Assembly: GCF_036566125.1 (NCBI RefSeq)
Contig: NZ_DATCWX010000255.1
Span: forward strand, 2,402-66,401
DNA: 64,000 nucleotides
Source: Intrasporangium sp.
GTDB lineage: Bacteria > Actinomycetota > Actinomycetes > Actinomycetales > Dermatophilaceae
Direction: 5' to 3'
Shown here: piece by piece, positions 1-9,574 of the stretch
Layout: each line of letters opens with the position of its first letter
How positions within the stretch are numbered: position 1 is the first letter of the stretch
Program-made: the position numbers and the translations under genes
The notes under the pieces: generated by a model
Told to the model about the DNA's origin: nothing
Databases searched by the model: none
Seen by the model: the letters and a program-made list of their open reading frames with translations, nothing else

Positions 1-1
1 G

Positions 2-415
2 GACGACACGGGCGCCGACATCTCGATCGAGGACGACGGCACCGTGTTCATCGGAGCTGTCGACGGCCCGTCTGCAGAGGCGGCTCGCGCGGCGATCAAC
101 GCCATCGCGAACCCGCAGATGCCCGAGGTCGGCGAGCGCTTCCTCGGCACGGTCGTCAAGACGACGACGTTCGGTGCGTTCATCTCGCTGTTGCCCGGCA
201 AGGACGGCCTGCTGCACATCTCCGAGGTGCGCAAGCTCGTCGGTGGCAAGCGGATCGACAGCGTCGACGACGTCGTCAAGGTCGGCCAGAAGATCCAGGT
301 CGAGCTCAAGGAGATCGACCCGCGCGGCAAGCTCTCGCTCGCGGCTGTCCTGCCCGAGGGAGAGTCCGACGCCAAGGCCGAGTCCGCCAAGGCCGAGGAG
401 CCGGCTGACGCCTGA
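2..415 (+). CDS. pnp: polynucleotide phosphorylase, C-terminal KH/S1 fragment (5' end outside window)
   Basis: The frame is open from nt 2. S1-domain signature [32 protein letters not shown], followed by an acidic tail. Stop at 413-415. Confidence 0.9.
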   Translation, partial: DDTGADISIEDDGTVFIGAVDGPSAEAARAAINAIANPQMPEVGERFLGTVVKTTTFGAFISLLPGKDGLLHISEVRKLVGGKRIDSVDDVVKVGQKIQVELKEIDPRGKLSLAAVLPEGESDAKAESAKAEEPADA

Positions 416-432
416 GTCGCGGACGCCGATGT

Positions 433-468
433 GAAGCGGCCCGGAACCTTGCGGTTCCGGGCCGCTTC
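433..468. terminator. bidirectional intrinsic terminator hairpin between pnp and the convergent gene
   Basis: Perfect 16-bp stem GAAGCGGCCCGGAACC / GGTTCCGGGCCGCTTC with loop TTGC, 18 nt after the pnp stop. Confidence 0.8.
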
Positions 469-495
469 GACATAGCGGGTCGGGGTCGCCCGCGA

Positions 496-2118
496 TCAGA
501 AGATCGCGTTGATGCCGTTCCAGCCGGCCCCGATGAGGACCCGGCTGCGCCACCCTCCGGACGCCGTGCGCGCGTACAGCCAGAGGTCACCGTTCCGGTC
601 ACGGGCTACGACGTCGACCACGCGGTCGCCGGTGAGGTCCCCGGGACTCATGATGGCGGTGAAGCCGTTCCACCCGGAGCCGATCCGGAGGCGGGGCAGC
701 CAACCGCCGGAGCCGTTGCCCGGGTACAGCCACAGGTAGCCGGTGCTCGACTCGCGCGCCAGGACGTCCGCCCGTCCATCGCTGTTGACGTCCCCGGCGC
801 CGACCAGAGTGCTGAAGCTGTTCCAGCCGGTGCCCACGCGACGGACGCTCTTGAACCCATTCGTGCCGTTCCCGGCGTAGAGGAACAGCTCGCCGGTTGA
901 GGCCTTGCGGGCGAGGACGTCGACGCGCTGGTCGCCGTCGAAGTCCCCGGGCCCGATGATGGAGTTGAACGGGTTCCAGCCCGTGCCCACCCGAATACGG
1001 GAGCTGGACCAGCCGCCCTTTCCCGTGCTTCGGTACATCCACAGGTAGCCCGTGGCCGGGTCGCGGGCGAGCACGTCGAGTGCGCCGTCACCGCTGAAGT
1101 CACCGACCGTCTCCAACGCGTTGAACGGTCCCCAGCCGCTGCCGATCTGGACGTGGGAAGCGATCCGGCCGTTGCCCTGGCCGGCGTACAGATGCAGCGT
1201 GCCGGTCGCGGTCCACCGCGCGAGGACGTCGTTGTTCCAATCACCGTTGAAGTCCGCCGTGGAGTTGGAGAGCGTCGAGGCCGGGATCGGCAGGTTGCTG
1301 AACGCGTACGTCCCACAGGTCCGGTCATAGTCCCGGGTGTCGTCGTACCACTGCGAGAGGTACACGTGCCCACCCGAGAAGCTGGGCTGGGTGCACCGGT
1401 CCAGAGCCTCGTTGGGGTAGTCGAGCTGTCCGGCCGTCGCCCACACGGGGACACCCGGGAGACGCCAGCCGCCGGTGATCTCCTGCCAGCCGCTGGTGAA
1501 GGAGTAGAGGCCGTAGGCGTAGCCGTTATCGCGCAGTCCGCGCATCAATCCCTCGATGACGTAGCGGTTCTCGCGTTGCTGGGCGGCGTTGCCGGTGGGC
1601 CAGGGCTGCGCCGGCCGCGGCTCGACGTCGATCCACACCACGGGCGGCGTCCAACCGACGCGGTCGAGGCTTCCTGCGGCGTAGGTCGCCTCGGCATAGC
1701 CGACGTTCGACAGCTGGCCGGCGCGCGTGCTCGTCGACCAGGGTCCCTGCGAACCGTAGGTGCTGAGCTGCGCGCTCGTCGGGAAGGCGGCCATGGTGTA
1801 CGCGTGTGCGGGCTTGTTGCGGGTCTGGACCCAGTCGACCTGCGACGCGAGGCACGGGTTCTCGGTGAACGGCAAGCCCTTGGTCAGGCCCGCGATGACG
1901 AACTGGGTGCTGTCCGGGGGCATCGGCAGGTCGAACCCACCCACGCTCGAAGGACACTGCGGCCACGAGATGTCGTGCCCGAACAGGGGCTCGGCCTGAG
2001 CGGGCGGCGCGACGGCGGGCAGGAGCCCGGCGAGCAGCGCCACGGCCGCGAGAGGGGCGAGAAGGATCCTTCGGACGCGCCGGAGGTTCGTGCGAGCAGG
2101 ATCGCGCATGATGACCAC
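496..2118 (-). CDS. secreted protein: N-terminal lysozyme-like (GH25/DUF1906-type) domain plus C-terminal FG-GAP/VCBS repeats
   Basis: Signal peptide ending AQA|EP and an N-terminal GHDISWPQCP motif. About five repeats of the type GDFxGDGxxDVLAR...LWxYxGxG. Confidence 0.6.
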   Translation of the reverse strand: MVIMRDPARTNLRRVRRILLAPLAAVALLAGLLPAVAPPAQAEPLFGHDISWPQCPSSVGGFDLPMPPDSTQFVIAGLTKGLPFTENPCLASQVDWVQTRNKPAHAYTMAAFPTSAQLSTYGSQGPWSTSTRAGQLSNVGYAEATYAAGSLDRVGWTPPVVWIDVEPRPAQPWPTGNAAQQRENRYVIEGLMRGLRDNGYAYGLYSFTSGWQEITGGWRLPGVPVWATAGQLDYPNEALDRCTQPSFSGGHVYLSQWYDDTRDYDRTCGTYAFSNLPIPASTLSNSTADFNGDWNNDVLARWTATGTLHLYAGQGNGRIASHVQIGSGWGPFNALETVGDFSGDGALDVLARDPATGYLWMYRSTGKGGWSSSRIRVGTGWNPFNSIIGPGDFDGDQRVDVLARKASTGELFLYAGNGTNGFKSVRRVGTGWNSFSTLVGAGDVNSDGRADVLARESSTGYLWLYPGNGSGGWLPRLRIGSGWNGFTAIMSPGDLTGDRVVDVVARDRNGDLWLYARTASGGWRSRVLIGAGWNGINAIF

Positions 2119-2216
2119 TCCCTCGATCCCTTCCAGTGTCCATCCGGACCGTCGGTGAAGGTGGGCCTTTCGTCGCGAAACACGGACTCCCTGTCCGGCA
2201 TCGATAGGGTTTCGGC

Positions 2217-2981
2217 GTGACGGACATCAAGGTTGCGGTGATCGGCGCGAACGGCCGGATGGGCTCCGAGGCCGTAAGGGCGGTCGGGGCGGCTGAGGGA
2301 CTGAGGCTCGTCGGGGCCTACGGCTCGCGTGATGAGCTGGGGGATCTGGGCGGCGCCGACGTCGCTGTCGAGCTGACGGTCCCGGCCGCATCACCGGACA
2401 ACGTCGCCCATTGCGTCGACCGGGGAGTTCACGTCGTCGTCGGCACCACCGGCTGGGACGAGGCCCGGCTGGCAGCCCTCAAGCAGCAGCTCGACGGGGC
2501 ACCGCCCGCCAGCACCGGCTCTGGGGTCGGCGTGCTGATCGCGCCGAACTTCGCGATCGGGGCGCTGCTCATGATGTCGGTCGCCGCCAAGGCGGCCCCG
2601 TACTTCGAATCCGTCGAGATCATCGAGCTGCACCACCCGGGCAAGGTCGACGCGCCGTCCGGGACGGCCGCACGGACGGCGGCGCTCATCGGGGCCGCGC
2701 GAGACGAGGCCGGCCTGCCCGACGTCCCAGACGCAACCACCCACGATCCTGAAGGCGCTCGCGGAGCCCAGCTCAGCGGCATACACGTGCACTCGGTGAG
2801 GCTGCGTGGGCTCGTCGCGCACCAGGAGGTGCTCCTCGGGAACGCGGGCGAGCAGCTGACGATCCGCCACGACTCGTTCGACCGGGCCTCCTTCATGCCC
2901 GGCGTCATCGCCGCGGTCCGCGCCGTCGCAGACCACCCCGGTCTCACCGTGGGATTGGAGAAGTACCTCAGCCTCGACTGA
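2217..2981 (+). CDS. dapB: 4-hydroxy-tetrahydrodipicolinate reductase
   Basis: N-terminal Rossmann motif KVAVIGANGRMG. Also ELHHPGKVDAPSGTA and VRLRGLVAHQEVLLG. Confidence 0.95.
   Translation: MTDIKVAVIGANGRMGSEAVRAVGAAEGLRLVGAYGSRDELGDLGGADVAVELTVPAASPDNVAHCVDRGVHVVVGTTGWDEARLAALKQQLDGAPPASTGSGVGVLIAPNFAIGALLMMSVAAKAAPYFESVEIIELHHPGKVDAPSGTAARTAALIGAARDEAGLPDVPDATTHDPEGARGAQLSGIHVHSVRLRGLVAHQEVLLGNAGEQLTIRHDSFDRASFMPGVIAAVRAVADHPGLTVGLEKYLSLD
2775..2784 (+). repeat. CAGCGGCATAC dispersed repeat copy
   Basis: cccagctcAGCGGCATACacg. Inside dapB, read as L-S-G-I(ATA)-H. Confidence 0.8.
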
Positions 2982-3091
2982 CCCTCAGCATCGCCTGGAC
3001 TGCCCCCTTGCCTTCACCTGGTTCGAGGTGATCCATCCCTCTCGCGAGCGAGCCACTACCTCGATCCCAATACCTCGAACGCAGCTAGCCG

Positions 3092-4045
3092 TCATCCCAG
3101 GGCAGGGATCGCCTCGAACGCCCTCATCACCGCCGCGGGCTGCTCGAAGGCGGGGTCGTCGGCGGCCCCGTCGATGATGTGCAAGGGCCAGCCGTATCGT
3201 TCGCTGGCGCGTTGGGCCACGGACAGTGGCGTCTGGCGGTCCTCGCGACCCCAGATGAGCGTTGTCGGCACCGTGATCCTGGCGAGGTCGGCCTCGGGGA
3301 TCGACCGGGTGCCGAAGGCAGACATGAGGCTGCGCATGGCCGTCTTCTGCTCCCGCGACCTGGCGCCCTCCAGACCCAGCGTCATCAGCGGGTCCCAGTG
3401 TGGGCCCAGCCCCTCCTGCAGCTGCGGGACATCGACGAAGCACTGCCGGAAGAAGCGGTCCCTGCTCGTGGGCGTCGGATGTGCGATGAAGGTGGCGAGG
3501 GTGATGGCGAACGCCGGGGACGGGCGGAGGCGGCTCAGGCCGTGGGTGTCGACCAACGAGAGGCCACGCAGCCGGTCCGGTCGCTCGAGCGCGAAGCGCA
3601 TCGCGATCGCACCGCCAACCAGATGGCCCGCCACGTAGGGAGGCGAGGGGCAGGTCTGCTCGATCAGGTCGTCGAGCCAGGACAGCACACGCTCGCGGTC
3701 GAGCGGCCCGTCTCCCAAACCGGAGGCGCCGTGGCCAGGCAGGTCGGGAGCCACGACACGGTGCGCCGTGGCGAGCTGTGGCATGACGCGCATCCACGTC
3801 AGGGCGAATTCGCCGGGCCCGTGCAGCAGCACGACAGGAGGGCCCTCGCCACCGACGAGCACCGCCGTTGGTATTCCGGCCACGGTCAGGTGCTGCTCGA
3901 GGAGTGGAGTGGCTGCGATCAGCTGCCGGCGCTCCTTCTGCGCACCGTCGACGACCGGTCCTCCATCACGCGCTGGTCCGTTGCTCATCGAACTCACCTC
4001 CCAAGGTTTGTCCTGCAGCTCGACGCTACGTTCTGGCAGCGTCAA
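3092..4045 (-). CDS. alpha/beta-fold hydrolase
   Basis: VVLLHGPGEF oxyanion region, nucleophile-elbow-like HLVGGAIA and a C-terminal DDPAFEQP region. The start is uncertain; an alternative Met lies at 3988. Confidence 0.75.
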   Translation of the reverse strand: MTLPERSVELQDKPWEVSSMSNGPARDGGPVVDGAQKERRQLIAATPLLEQHLTVAGIPTAVLVGGEGPPVVLLHGPGEFALTWMRVMPQLATAHRVVAPDLPGHGASGLGDGPLDRERVLSWLDDLIEQTCPSPPYVAGHLVGGAIAMRFALERPDRLRGLSLVDTHGLSRLRPSPAFAITLATFIAHPTPTSRDRFFRQCFVDVPQLQEGLGPHWDPLMTLGLEGARSREQKTAMRSLMSAFGTRSIPEADLARITVPTTLIWGREDRQTPLSVAQRASERYGWPLHIIDGAADDPAFEQPAAVMRAFEAIPALG

Positions 4046-4156
4046 CCGCGTCGGGAGATGTGCCCATCCGGGAGGCGCCGGCCATGGGTGGAAATGCCCA
4101 CTTGGCCTGCAGGAATGACGAGCGCCGCGAGCCCGCTCGGGTCGACGACGGCCGGG

Positions 4157-5191
4157 TCAGAGAGCCGAGAGCACCAAGGGCCAGACGTCCTCGAGCATCC
4201 CCTCGCCGTTGCAGAGGGCAACCAGCGTCAGGTCCCGGTCAGGTAGGTGGCGCGCCACCGTCTCGACACCCGGGTCGCCACCCCCGTGCCCGAAGGCGCC
4301 GTCGGCCCGGACGTAGAGGCCGTAGCCATAGGAGACCCCATCGTCGACGGGCACGTGCCGCCTGCGCATCAGGGTGCTCAGCTCCTCGCCCAGGAGGTCG
4401 CCGGATGCAATCGCCGTGAGGAACCGATCCAGGTCGCGCGGGGTGGAGTGGGCTCCGCCGTCGCCTCCACCGATGACCGGTATCGAGAAGATGTTGCTGC
4501 GCCACGGGTCATCGCTCCCAGCGCGTTTCAGATAGCCCGCCGCGACGTCGGGCACTGGCTCGTCGGACCGGAAGTAGCCGGATGACGACATACCGGCCGG
4601 CCCGAGCACGCGTTCGGTCACCGTGTGGACGAACTCCTGCCCCGTCACCTCCTCGGTGATCGCGGCGAGCAGCACGAAGCCGGCATTGCTGTAGTGGAAC
4701 TTCGCCCCCGGCTCGTCGATGGGCGCAGCTCCGGCGTAGAGAGGCAAGAAGTCGTCAGGCCGTTCCATTCCGTAGACGGGCAGGTCTCGCCAGAGGGCAC
4801 CGTAGTCCTCGAGGTGCCCGGTCAGGTCCTCGTCTTCCTCGAAGTAGTCGCCGATGCCGGAGGTGTGACTGAGCAGGTGGTGCACCGTCACCTCGTGCGG
4901 CAGGGTCCACGGTCGGCGCGAGGCCGGCAGGAGGTCCACGACCCGGTTGTCGAGGCCGAGCAGGCCGTTGCGCACACAGCTCAGCACGGCCGCTGCCGTG
5001 AATGCCTTGGACAGGGACGCCAGGCCGAATCGGGTGGCGGGGCGGATCGGCGTCGCCGTCGCGCGGTTGGCCAGACCGGCGCAGACCTCGAGAAGCGTTC
5101 GCTCGCCCTCCACCACCAGGACGCTTCCCGTGAACCGGTCCTCCTCGCCCAACCCGGCGAGCCCGCCCGCCACCTCGTCCCACGTCACCAT
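4157..5191 (-). CDS. serine hydrolase, beta-lactamase/PBP4-like family
   Basis: S-x-x-K motif in GLASLSKAFTAAAV, plus a YSNAGF (Y-x-N) motif. Confidence 0.8.
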   Translation of the reverse strand: MVTWDEVAGGLAGLGEEDRFTGSVLVVEGERTLLEVCAGLANRATATPIRPATRFGLASLSKAFTAAAVLSCVRNGLLGLDNRVVDLLPASRRPWTLPHEVTVHHLLSHTSGIGDYFEEDEDLTGHLEDYGALWRDLPVYGMERPDDFLPLYAGAAPIDEPGAKFHYSNAGFVLLAAITEEVTGQEFVHTVTERVLGPAGMSSSGYFRSDEPVPDVAAGYLKRAGSDDPWRSNIFSIPVIGGGDGGAHSTPRDLDRFLTAIASGDLLGEELSTLMRRRHVPVDDGVSYGYGLYVRADGAFGHGGGDPGVETVARHLPDRDLTLVALCNGEGMLEDVWPLVLSAL

Positions 5192-5223
5192 GGAAGGAGC
5201 CTAGGGCTGCGCCAGGTTGGCCT

Positions 5224-5538
5224 TCAGGCCCAGCCGGCGAGTCGAAGCAGGGCGGCCGTCGCCGCGCCGAGGACGACGACGACGATGAACGGCGCTCGGA
5301 GGATCAGCGCCACGACGGCCACGCCGACCGCGGCGAGGCGCGCGTCGAGCGTCCAGGCACCACCAGGGCCCGTCAGGGTCTGGATGGCAACCAGAGCGGC
5401 GAGCAGAGCCACGGGCAGCGCCGCAGTGACGCGCTTGACGTGCGGCTCCGCCAACAAGTCGGCCGGCACGAGGTAGCCGACGAGCTTGAGCCCGAAGGCG
5501 ATCGCGGCCGCAATGAGCAAGGCGACCCACATGCTCAT
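5224..5538 (-). CDS. azlD: branched-chain amino acid exporter small subunit, AzlD family
   Basis: 104-aa hydrophobic protein whose start overlaps the stop of the azlC-like gene by 4 nt. Confidence 0.7.
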   Translation of the reverse strand: MSMWVALLIAAAIAFGLKLVGYLVPADLLAEPHVKRVTAALPVALLAALVAIQTLTGPGGAWTLDARLAAVGVAVVALILRAPFIVVVVLGAATAALLRLAGWA

Positions 5539-6287
5539 GACTGCACCTCGGACCCCGTCCGGCGTGGCTCCGAGTCCTCCGCGTCCCCGTCGGTGTCAAC
5601 TGCGCCGCGGCGCGGTTCGCGCCAGGCGATGAACGCGGCCAGCGCCGCGACGATGACCGGGACGCCGGGCGGCGTGGCGGGGGCGAGCAGGACCGCGACC
5701 ACCGCAGCGACGACGGCGATCGCGACGGCGTCACGATTCTTCAGCCGCGGCCAGAGGAGGGCGGTGAACGCGGCGCAGGCGGCCGCGTCGAGACCCCAGG
5801 CCTTCGGGTCCCCGAGGGCGTTGCCGACGAGGGCGCCGACGAGCGTCGTGAAGTTCCACAACGCGAAGACGGTCAGACCAGTCAGCCAGAAGCCCAGGCG
5901 AGCGGCCTTGCCGTGCGACTGGGACACCGCCACCGCGGTCGACTCGTCGATGGTGATGTGCGCGGCGGCGAGGCGTCGGACACCCCTGACCCCCAGCAGC
6001 TGGGTCAGCTCCAGGGCATAGAGACCGTTGCGGACACCGAGGAGGGAGGACGCGGCGATCGCGGCCGGGGCAGCGTGCAGGCCGGCCGAGATGATCCCGA
6101 TGAAGGCGAACTGCGAACCGCCCGTGAACATCAGCAGGGAGAGGGCGCAGGCCTGCCACACGTCGAGGCCGGCAGAGACCGCCAGGGCCCCGAAGCTGAT
6201 GCCGTAGGCACCCGTCGCGATGCCGACCGACAGGGCCTCCCGGATGACGAGGCGCCGCTCCTCTGCGGGCCGGGCGTCCGTCGTCAT
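5535..6287 (-). CDS. azlC: AzlC family branched-chain amino acid permease component
   Basis: Polytopic membrane protein with LLMFTGGSQFAFIG, paired with azlD. Confidence 0.8.
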   Translation of the reverse strand: MTTDARPAEERRLVIREALSVGIATGAYGISFGALAVSAGLDVWQACALSLLMFTGGSQFAFIGIISAGLHAAPAAIAASSLLGVRNGLYALELTQLLGVRGVRRLAAAHITIDESTAVAVSQSHGKAARLGFWLTGLTVFALWNFTTLVGALVGNALGDPKAWGLDAAACAAFTALLWPRLKNRDAVAIAVVAAVVAVLLAPATPPGVPVIVAALAAFIAWREPRRGAVDTDGDAEDSEPRRTGSEVQS

Positions 6288-6877
6288 GCCGCCTCCAGGG
6301 AAGCAGAGAGGCGGACCTCCTCGGCGGTCTCACCGTCAGGGCCGACCACGCGCTGCCGGTGCGCGCCGTCCGAGTCCAGTCCAGCCGCGACGAGGAAAGC
6401 GCGCACCTCCTCTGCGGAGGCCAGGGCCCAAGCGGTCAGCCGGTCGCGTCCGCGGGCGCGCGCCGTGTCGACGACGGCGTGGAGCAAACGGGAGCCATGG
6501 CCCTGGCGCCGCGCGTCCGGATGAACGGCGAGCACGAGCAGCTCGGCGGTGCTGTCGTCGGCGTCGGGATCGCTCGAGGCTCCCACCGCAGCCAAACCGA
6601 CGACCTGCTCACCCGCGCACGCCACGAGCAGCACTCCGTCCCCTGCCGCCGCACCCTCGAGCGTCGCCCGCCACGCGCTCGCGAAGGCCTGGGGCTGGAA
6701 CTCGGCTATGACCTCGGGAGCCAGCTCAGCGGCATACGCCTCCCGGAACACGACGGCCTGGACGAACCCCACTGCGGGGGCATCGGACACTCGGGCCAGC
6801 CGGACGCTGGCGTCGGCAAGGGGACCGGGCGGGTGGTCGTGCTCGTGATGGACGGGGTGGTGCGGTTGGTTCACCAC
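6284..6877 (-). CDS. GNAT family N-acetyltransferase
   Basis: Acetyl-CoA binding-like segment [17 protein letters not shown]. The stop overlaps the azlC start. Confidence 0.7.
   Translation of the reverse strand: MVNQPHHPVHHEHDHPPGPLADASVRLARVSDAPAVGFVQAVVFREAYAAELAPEVIAEFQPQAFASAWRATLEGAAAGDGVLLVACAGEQVVGLAAVGASSDPDADDSTAELLVLAVHPDARRQGHGSRLLHAVVDTARARGRDRLTAWALASAEEVRAFLVAAGLDSDGAHRQRVVGPDGETAEEVRLSASLEAA
6728..6737 (+). repeat. CAGCGGCATAC dispersed repeat copy
   Basis: gagccagctcAGCGGCATACgcc. Inside the minus-strand GNAT gene, read as A-Y-A-A-E-L. Confidence 0.8.
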
Positions 6878-6954
6878 AGCATCGTCTCAGGCGCTCCACG
6901 CGTCCGAGAAAGGCCACTTTGGTGCGACTGGCGCCCATCTCGCATACTGGACGC

Positions 6955-7998
6955 ATGTATGGCAATGACGTCATCGACCCGAACGAGCCGTTGAACGCGG
7001 CGGAGACGGGCGCCTACGACGAGGCTCTCGCGCACCAGGACCGACGCGAGCAGGTCGGAGGTGACTTCGATGCGCTCATCACCGCCGACCAGCGCATCGA
7101 GCCACGCGACGCGATGCCGGAGGAGTACCGGCAGACGCTGATCCGCCAGATCGCCCAGCACGCCCACTCGGAGATCATCGGGATGCAGCCCGAGGGCAAC
7201 TGGATCACCCGCGCCCCCTCCCTGCGGCGCAAGGCGATCCTCATCGCCAAGGTCCAGGACGAGGCGGGACACGGCCTCTACCTCTACAGCGCTGCCGAGA
7301 CGCTCGGCGTCGACCGTGCCGAGCTGCTCGACCGGCTGCACAACGGCAAGCAGAAGTACTCGTCGATCTTCAACTACCCGACGCTGACCTGGGCCGACTG
7401 CGGCGCGATCGGCTGGCTCGTCGACGGTGCCGCGATCATGAACCAGGTGCCGCTGTGCCGGTGCTCCTACGGCCCCTACGCGCGCGCCATGATCCGCGTG
7501 TGCAAGGAGGAGTCGTTCCACCAGCGGCAGGGCTTCGAGATCCTGTGGAACCTCATGCGCGGCACCGAGGCGCAGCAGGCCATGGCCCAGGACGCGGCCG
7601 ACCGGTGGTGGTGGCCGGCGTTGATGATGTTCGGCCCGCCCGACACCGGTGACGCCGCCAAGGGCGGGCACACGGCCCAGTCGATGGCGTGGGGGATCAA
7701 GCGGTTCAGCAACGACGACCTGCGGCAGAAGTTTGTCGACATGATGGTGCCGCAGGCCGAGAAGCTCGGCATCGTGCTGCCGGACCCCGAGCTGAGGTGG
7801 AACGAGGAGCGCGGCCACTATGACTTCGGGCCCATCGACTGGGATGAGTTCTGGCGCGTCCTTCGCGGTGACGGTCCGTGCAACGCCGAGCGGATCGAGC
7901 ACCGTCGCGCCGTCCACGAGGAGGGCGCCTGGGTGCGTGAGGCCGCCAACGCCTACGCACGCAAGCACGCCGACGAGCTGAAGGGAAGTGCCGCGTGA
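6955..7998 (+). CDS. paaA: 1,2-phenylacetyl-CoA epoxidase subunit A
   Basis: Diiron-oxygenase motifs [23 protein letters not shown] and [16 protein letters not shown] 6955 is preferred over the TTG at 6919. Confidence 0.9.
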   Translation: MYGNDVIDPNEPLNAAETGAYDEALAHQDRREQVGGDFDALITADQRIEPRDAMPEEYRQTLIRQIAQHAHSEIIGMQPEGNWITRAPSLRRKAILIAKVQDEAGHGLYLYSAAETLGVDRAELLDRLHNGKQKYSSIFNYPTLTWADCGAIGWLVDGAAIMNQVPLCRCSYGPYARAMIRVCKEESFHQRQGFEILWNLMRGTEAQQAMAQDAADRWWWPALMMFGPPDTGDAAKGGHTAQSMAWGIKRFSNDDLRQKFVDMMVPQAEKLGIVLPDPELRWNEERGHYDFGPIDWDEFWRVLRGDGPCNAERIEHRRAVHEEGAWVREAANAYARKHADELKGSAA

Positions 7999-8303
7999 CC
8001 GAACCCACCACCGGGCCCGCCGAGAAGAGCTGGCCGCTCTGGGAGGTGTTCGTCCGCGGCAAGCGAGGGCTCTCGCACGCCCACGTCGGCTCTCTCCACG
8101 CCCCGGACGCCCAGATGGCGCTGCGCAACGGCCGCGACGTCTACACCCGCCGCCAGGAGGGCGTCTCGATCTGGGTTGTCCGCGCGTCGGACATCGTCGC
8201 GAGCAGCCCGGAGGAGAAGGACTCGTTCTTCGACCCCGCGGCCGACAAGGTCTACCGGCATCCGTCGTTCTACGAGGTGCCAGAGGACGTCGAGTACCTG
8301 TGA
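7995..8303 (+). CDS. paaB: 1,2-phenylacetyl-CoA epoxidase subunit B
   Basis: 102 aa, [24 protein letters not shown], overlapping the paaA stop. Confidence 0.9.
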   Translation: MTEPTTGPAEKSWPLWEVFVRGKRGLSHAHVGSLHAPDAQMALRNGRDVYTRRQEGVSIWVVRASDIVASSPEEKDSFFDPAADKVYRHPSFYEVPEDVEYL

Positions 8304-9058
8304 TGGGCGAGGATCGTTCTGCCGCATACCTGCTCGGCTTGGCTGATGATGCGATGGTCTATGCGCAGCGGCTGGGCGAGTGGATGACCAACGCCCCGCA
8401 GATCGAGGAGGACATGGCGCTCGGCAACATCGCGCTGGACCTCCTCGGTCAGGCGCGGGGGCTCTATCCCTACGTCGGCTCGCTCGACGGCACGGGCCGG
8501 AGCGAGGACGACTTCGCGATGATGCGGGACGAGCGGGAGTGGCGCAACGTCCACCTCGTCGAGCAGGAGCGGGGTGACTTCGGGCGGGAGATGGCGCGGT
8601 TGCTGTGGTTCTCCGCGTACCAGAAGCAGTTGTATGCCGCTCTGCTCGCTTCCAGCGACGGTGTCCTCGCGGGGGTGGCCGGCAAGGCGCTCAAGGAGGT
8701 CCGCTACCACCACGACCACGCGACGCAGTGGGTCGTGCGCTTGGGGGACGGGACTGAGGAGTCGCACCGGCGGATGCAGGCCGGGCTGGAGTGGGTGCTG
8801 CCCTACCTGCCGGAGCTGTTCGACGACGACCCGGCGAGCGTCGCGGCAGCGGAGGCCGGCGTGGGCGTCCTGCCGTCATCCCTGCACGAGGCCGTAACGT
8901 CGCAGGTGGCCGCGGTGTGCGAGGAGGCGACCCTCGACCTGCACGCCCCGACCCGGCGCACTCGCGGTGGCCGAGAGGGCGTCCACTCGACGCCGATGGG
9001 TTACCTCCTCGCCGAGATGCAGCACATCGCGCGCTCCCACCCCGGTGCGACGTGGTGA
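8303..9058 (+). CDS. paaC: 1,2-phenylacetyl-CoA epoxidase subunit C
   Basis: ATGA overlap with the paaB stop. Motifs LLGLADDAMVYAQRLGEW and EVRYHHDHA. The upstream part of the 7988 ORF is out-of-context read-through. Confidence 0.85.
   Translation: MGEDRSAAYLLGLADDAMVYAQRLGEWMTNAPQIEEDMALGNIALDLLGQARGLYPYVGSLDGTGRSEDDFAMMRDEREWRNVHLVEQERGDFGREMARLLWFSAYQKQLYAALLASSDGVLAGVAGKALKEVRYHHDHATQWVVRLGDGTEESHRRMQAGLEWVLPYLPELFDDDPASVAAAEAGVGVLPSSLHEAVTSQVAAVCEEATLDLHAPTRRTRGGREGVHSTPMGYLLAEMQHIARSHPGATW
8632..8641 (-). repeat. dispersed repeat, degenerate copy (exact 10-mer, weak flank)
   Basis: ttGTATGCCGCTctgctcgcttcc. Inside paaC, read as L-Y-A-A-L. Confidence 0.5.
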
Positions 9059-9573
9059 GCCCGATGGCGCCCATGTCGACGGAAGCTGCTGTGGCTGAGG
9101 CGATCTCGCGGATCCCTGACCCGGAGATCCCGGTGATCTCCATCGCGGACCTCGGGATCCTGCGCGACGTGGAGGTCGACGAGGACGCCCAGGTGCTCGT
9201 CGCGACCATCACGCCGACGTACTCCGGATGCCCTGCGATGGAGGCGATCACCGACCGGATCCGGTGGGAGGCCGAGGTCCACGGCTATCGAGCCGAGGTG
9301 CGGACCCGGCTGTCCCCGGCGTGGACGACCGACTGGATGACCGAGGAGGGCCGGGCCGCGCTCCAGCGCTTCGGCATCGCGCCGCCCGGGCCGGTGCCGG
9401 AAGGCGCGGGCCGTGGTCCCGTCCTCCTCCAGCTCCAGCGGCACGTCGTCAGCTGCCCGCACTGCGGCTCGGACGACACGACGGAGATCGCCCACTTCGG
9501 GTCCACCGCGTGCAAGGCCCTGCGCCGGTGCAACGCGTGCGGTGAGCCCTTCGACGAGTTCAAGGCCATCTGA
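9055..9573 (+). CDS. paaD: phenylacetate-CoA oxygenase subunit PaaD (PaaJ)
   Basis: GTGA overlap with the paaC stop. DPEIPVISIADLGILRDV and a C-terminal Cys cluster CPHCGS...CNACGEPF. An alternative ATG lies at 9064. Confidence 0.8.
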   Translation: MSPMAPMSTEAAVAEAISRIPDPEIPVISIADLGILRDVEVDEDAQVLVATITPTYSGCPAMEAITDRIRWEAEVHGYRAEVRTRLSPAWTTDWMTEEGRAALQRFGIAPPGPVPEGAGRGPVLLQLQRHVVSCPHCGSDDTTEIAHFGSTACKALRRCNACGEPFDEFKAI

Positions 9574-9574
9574 A

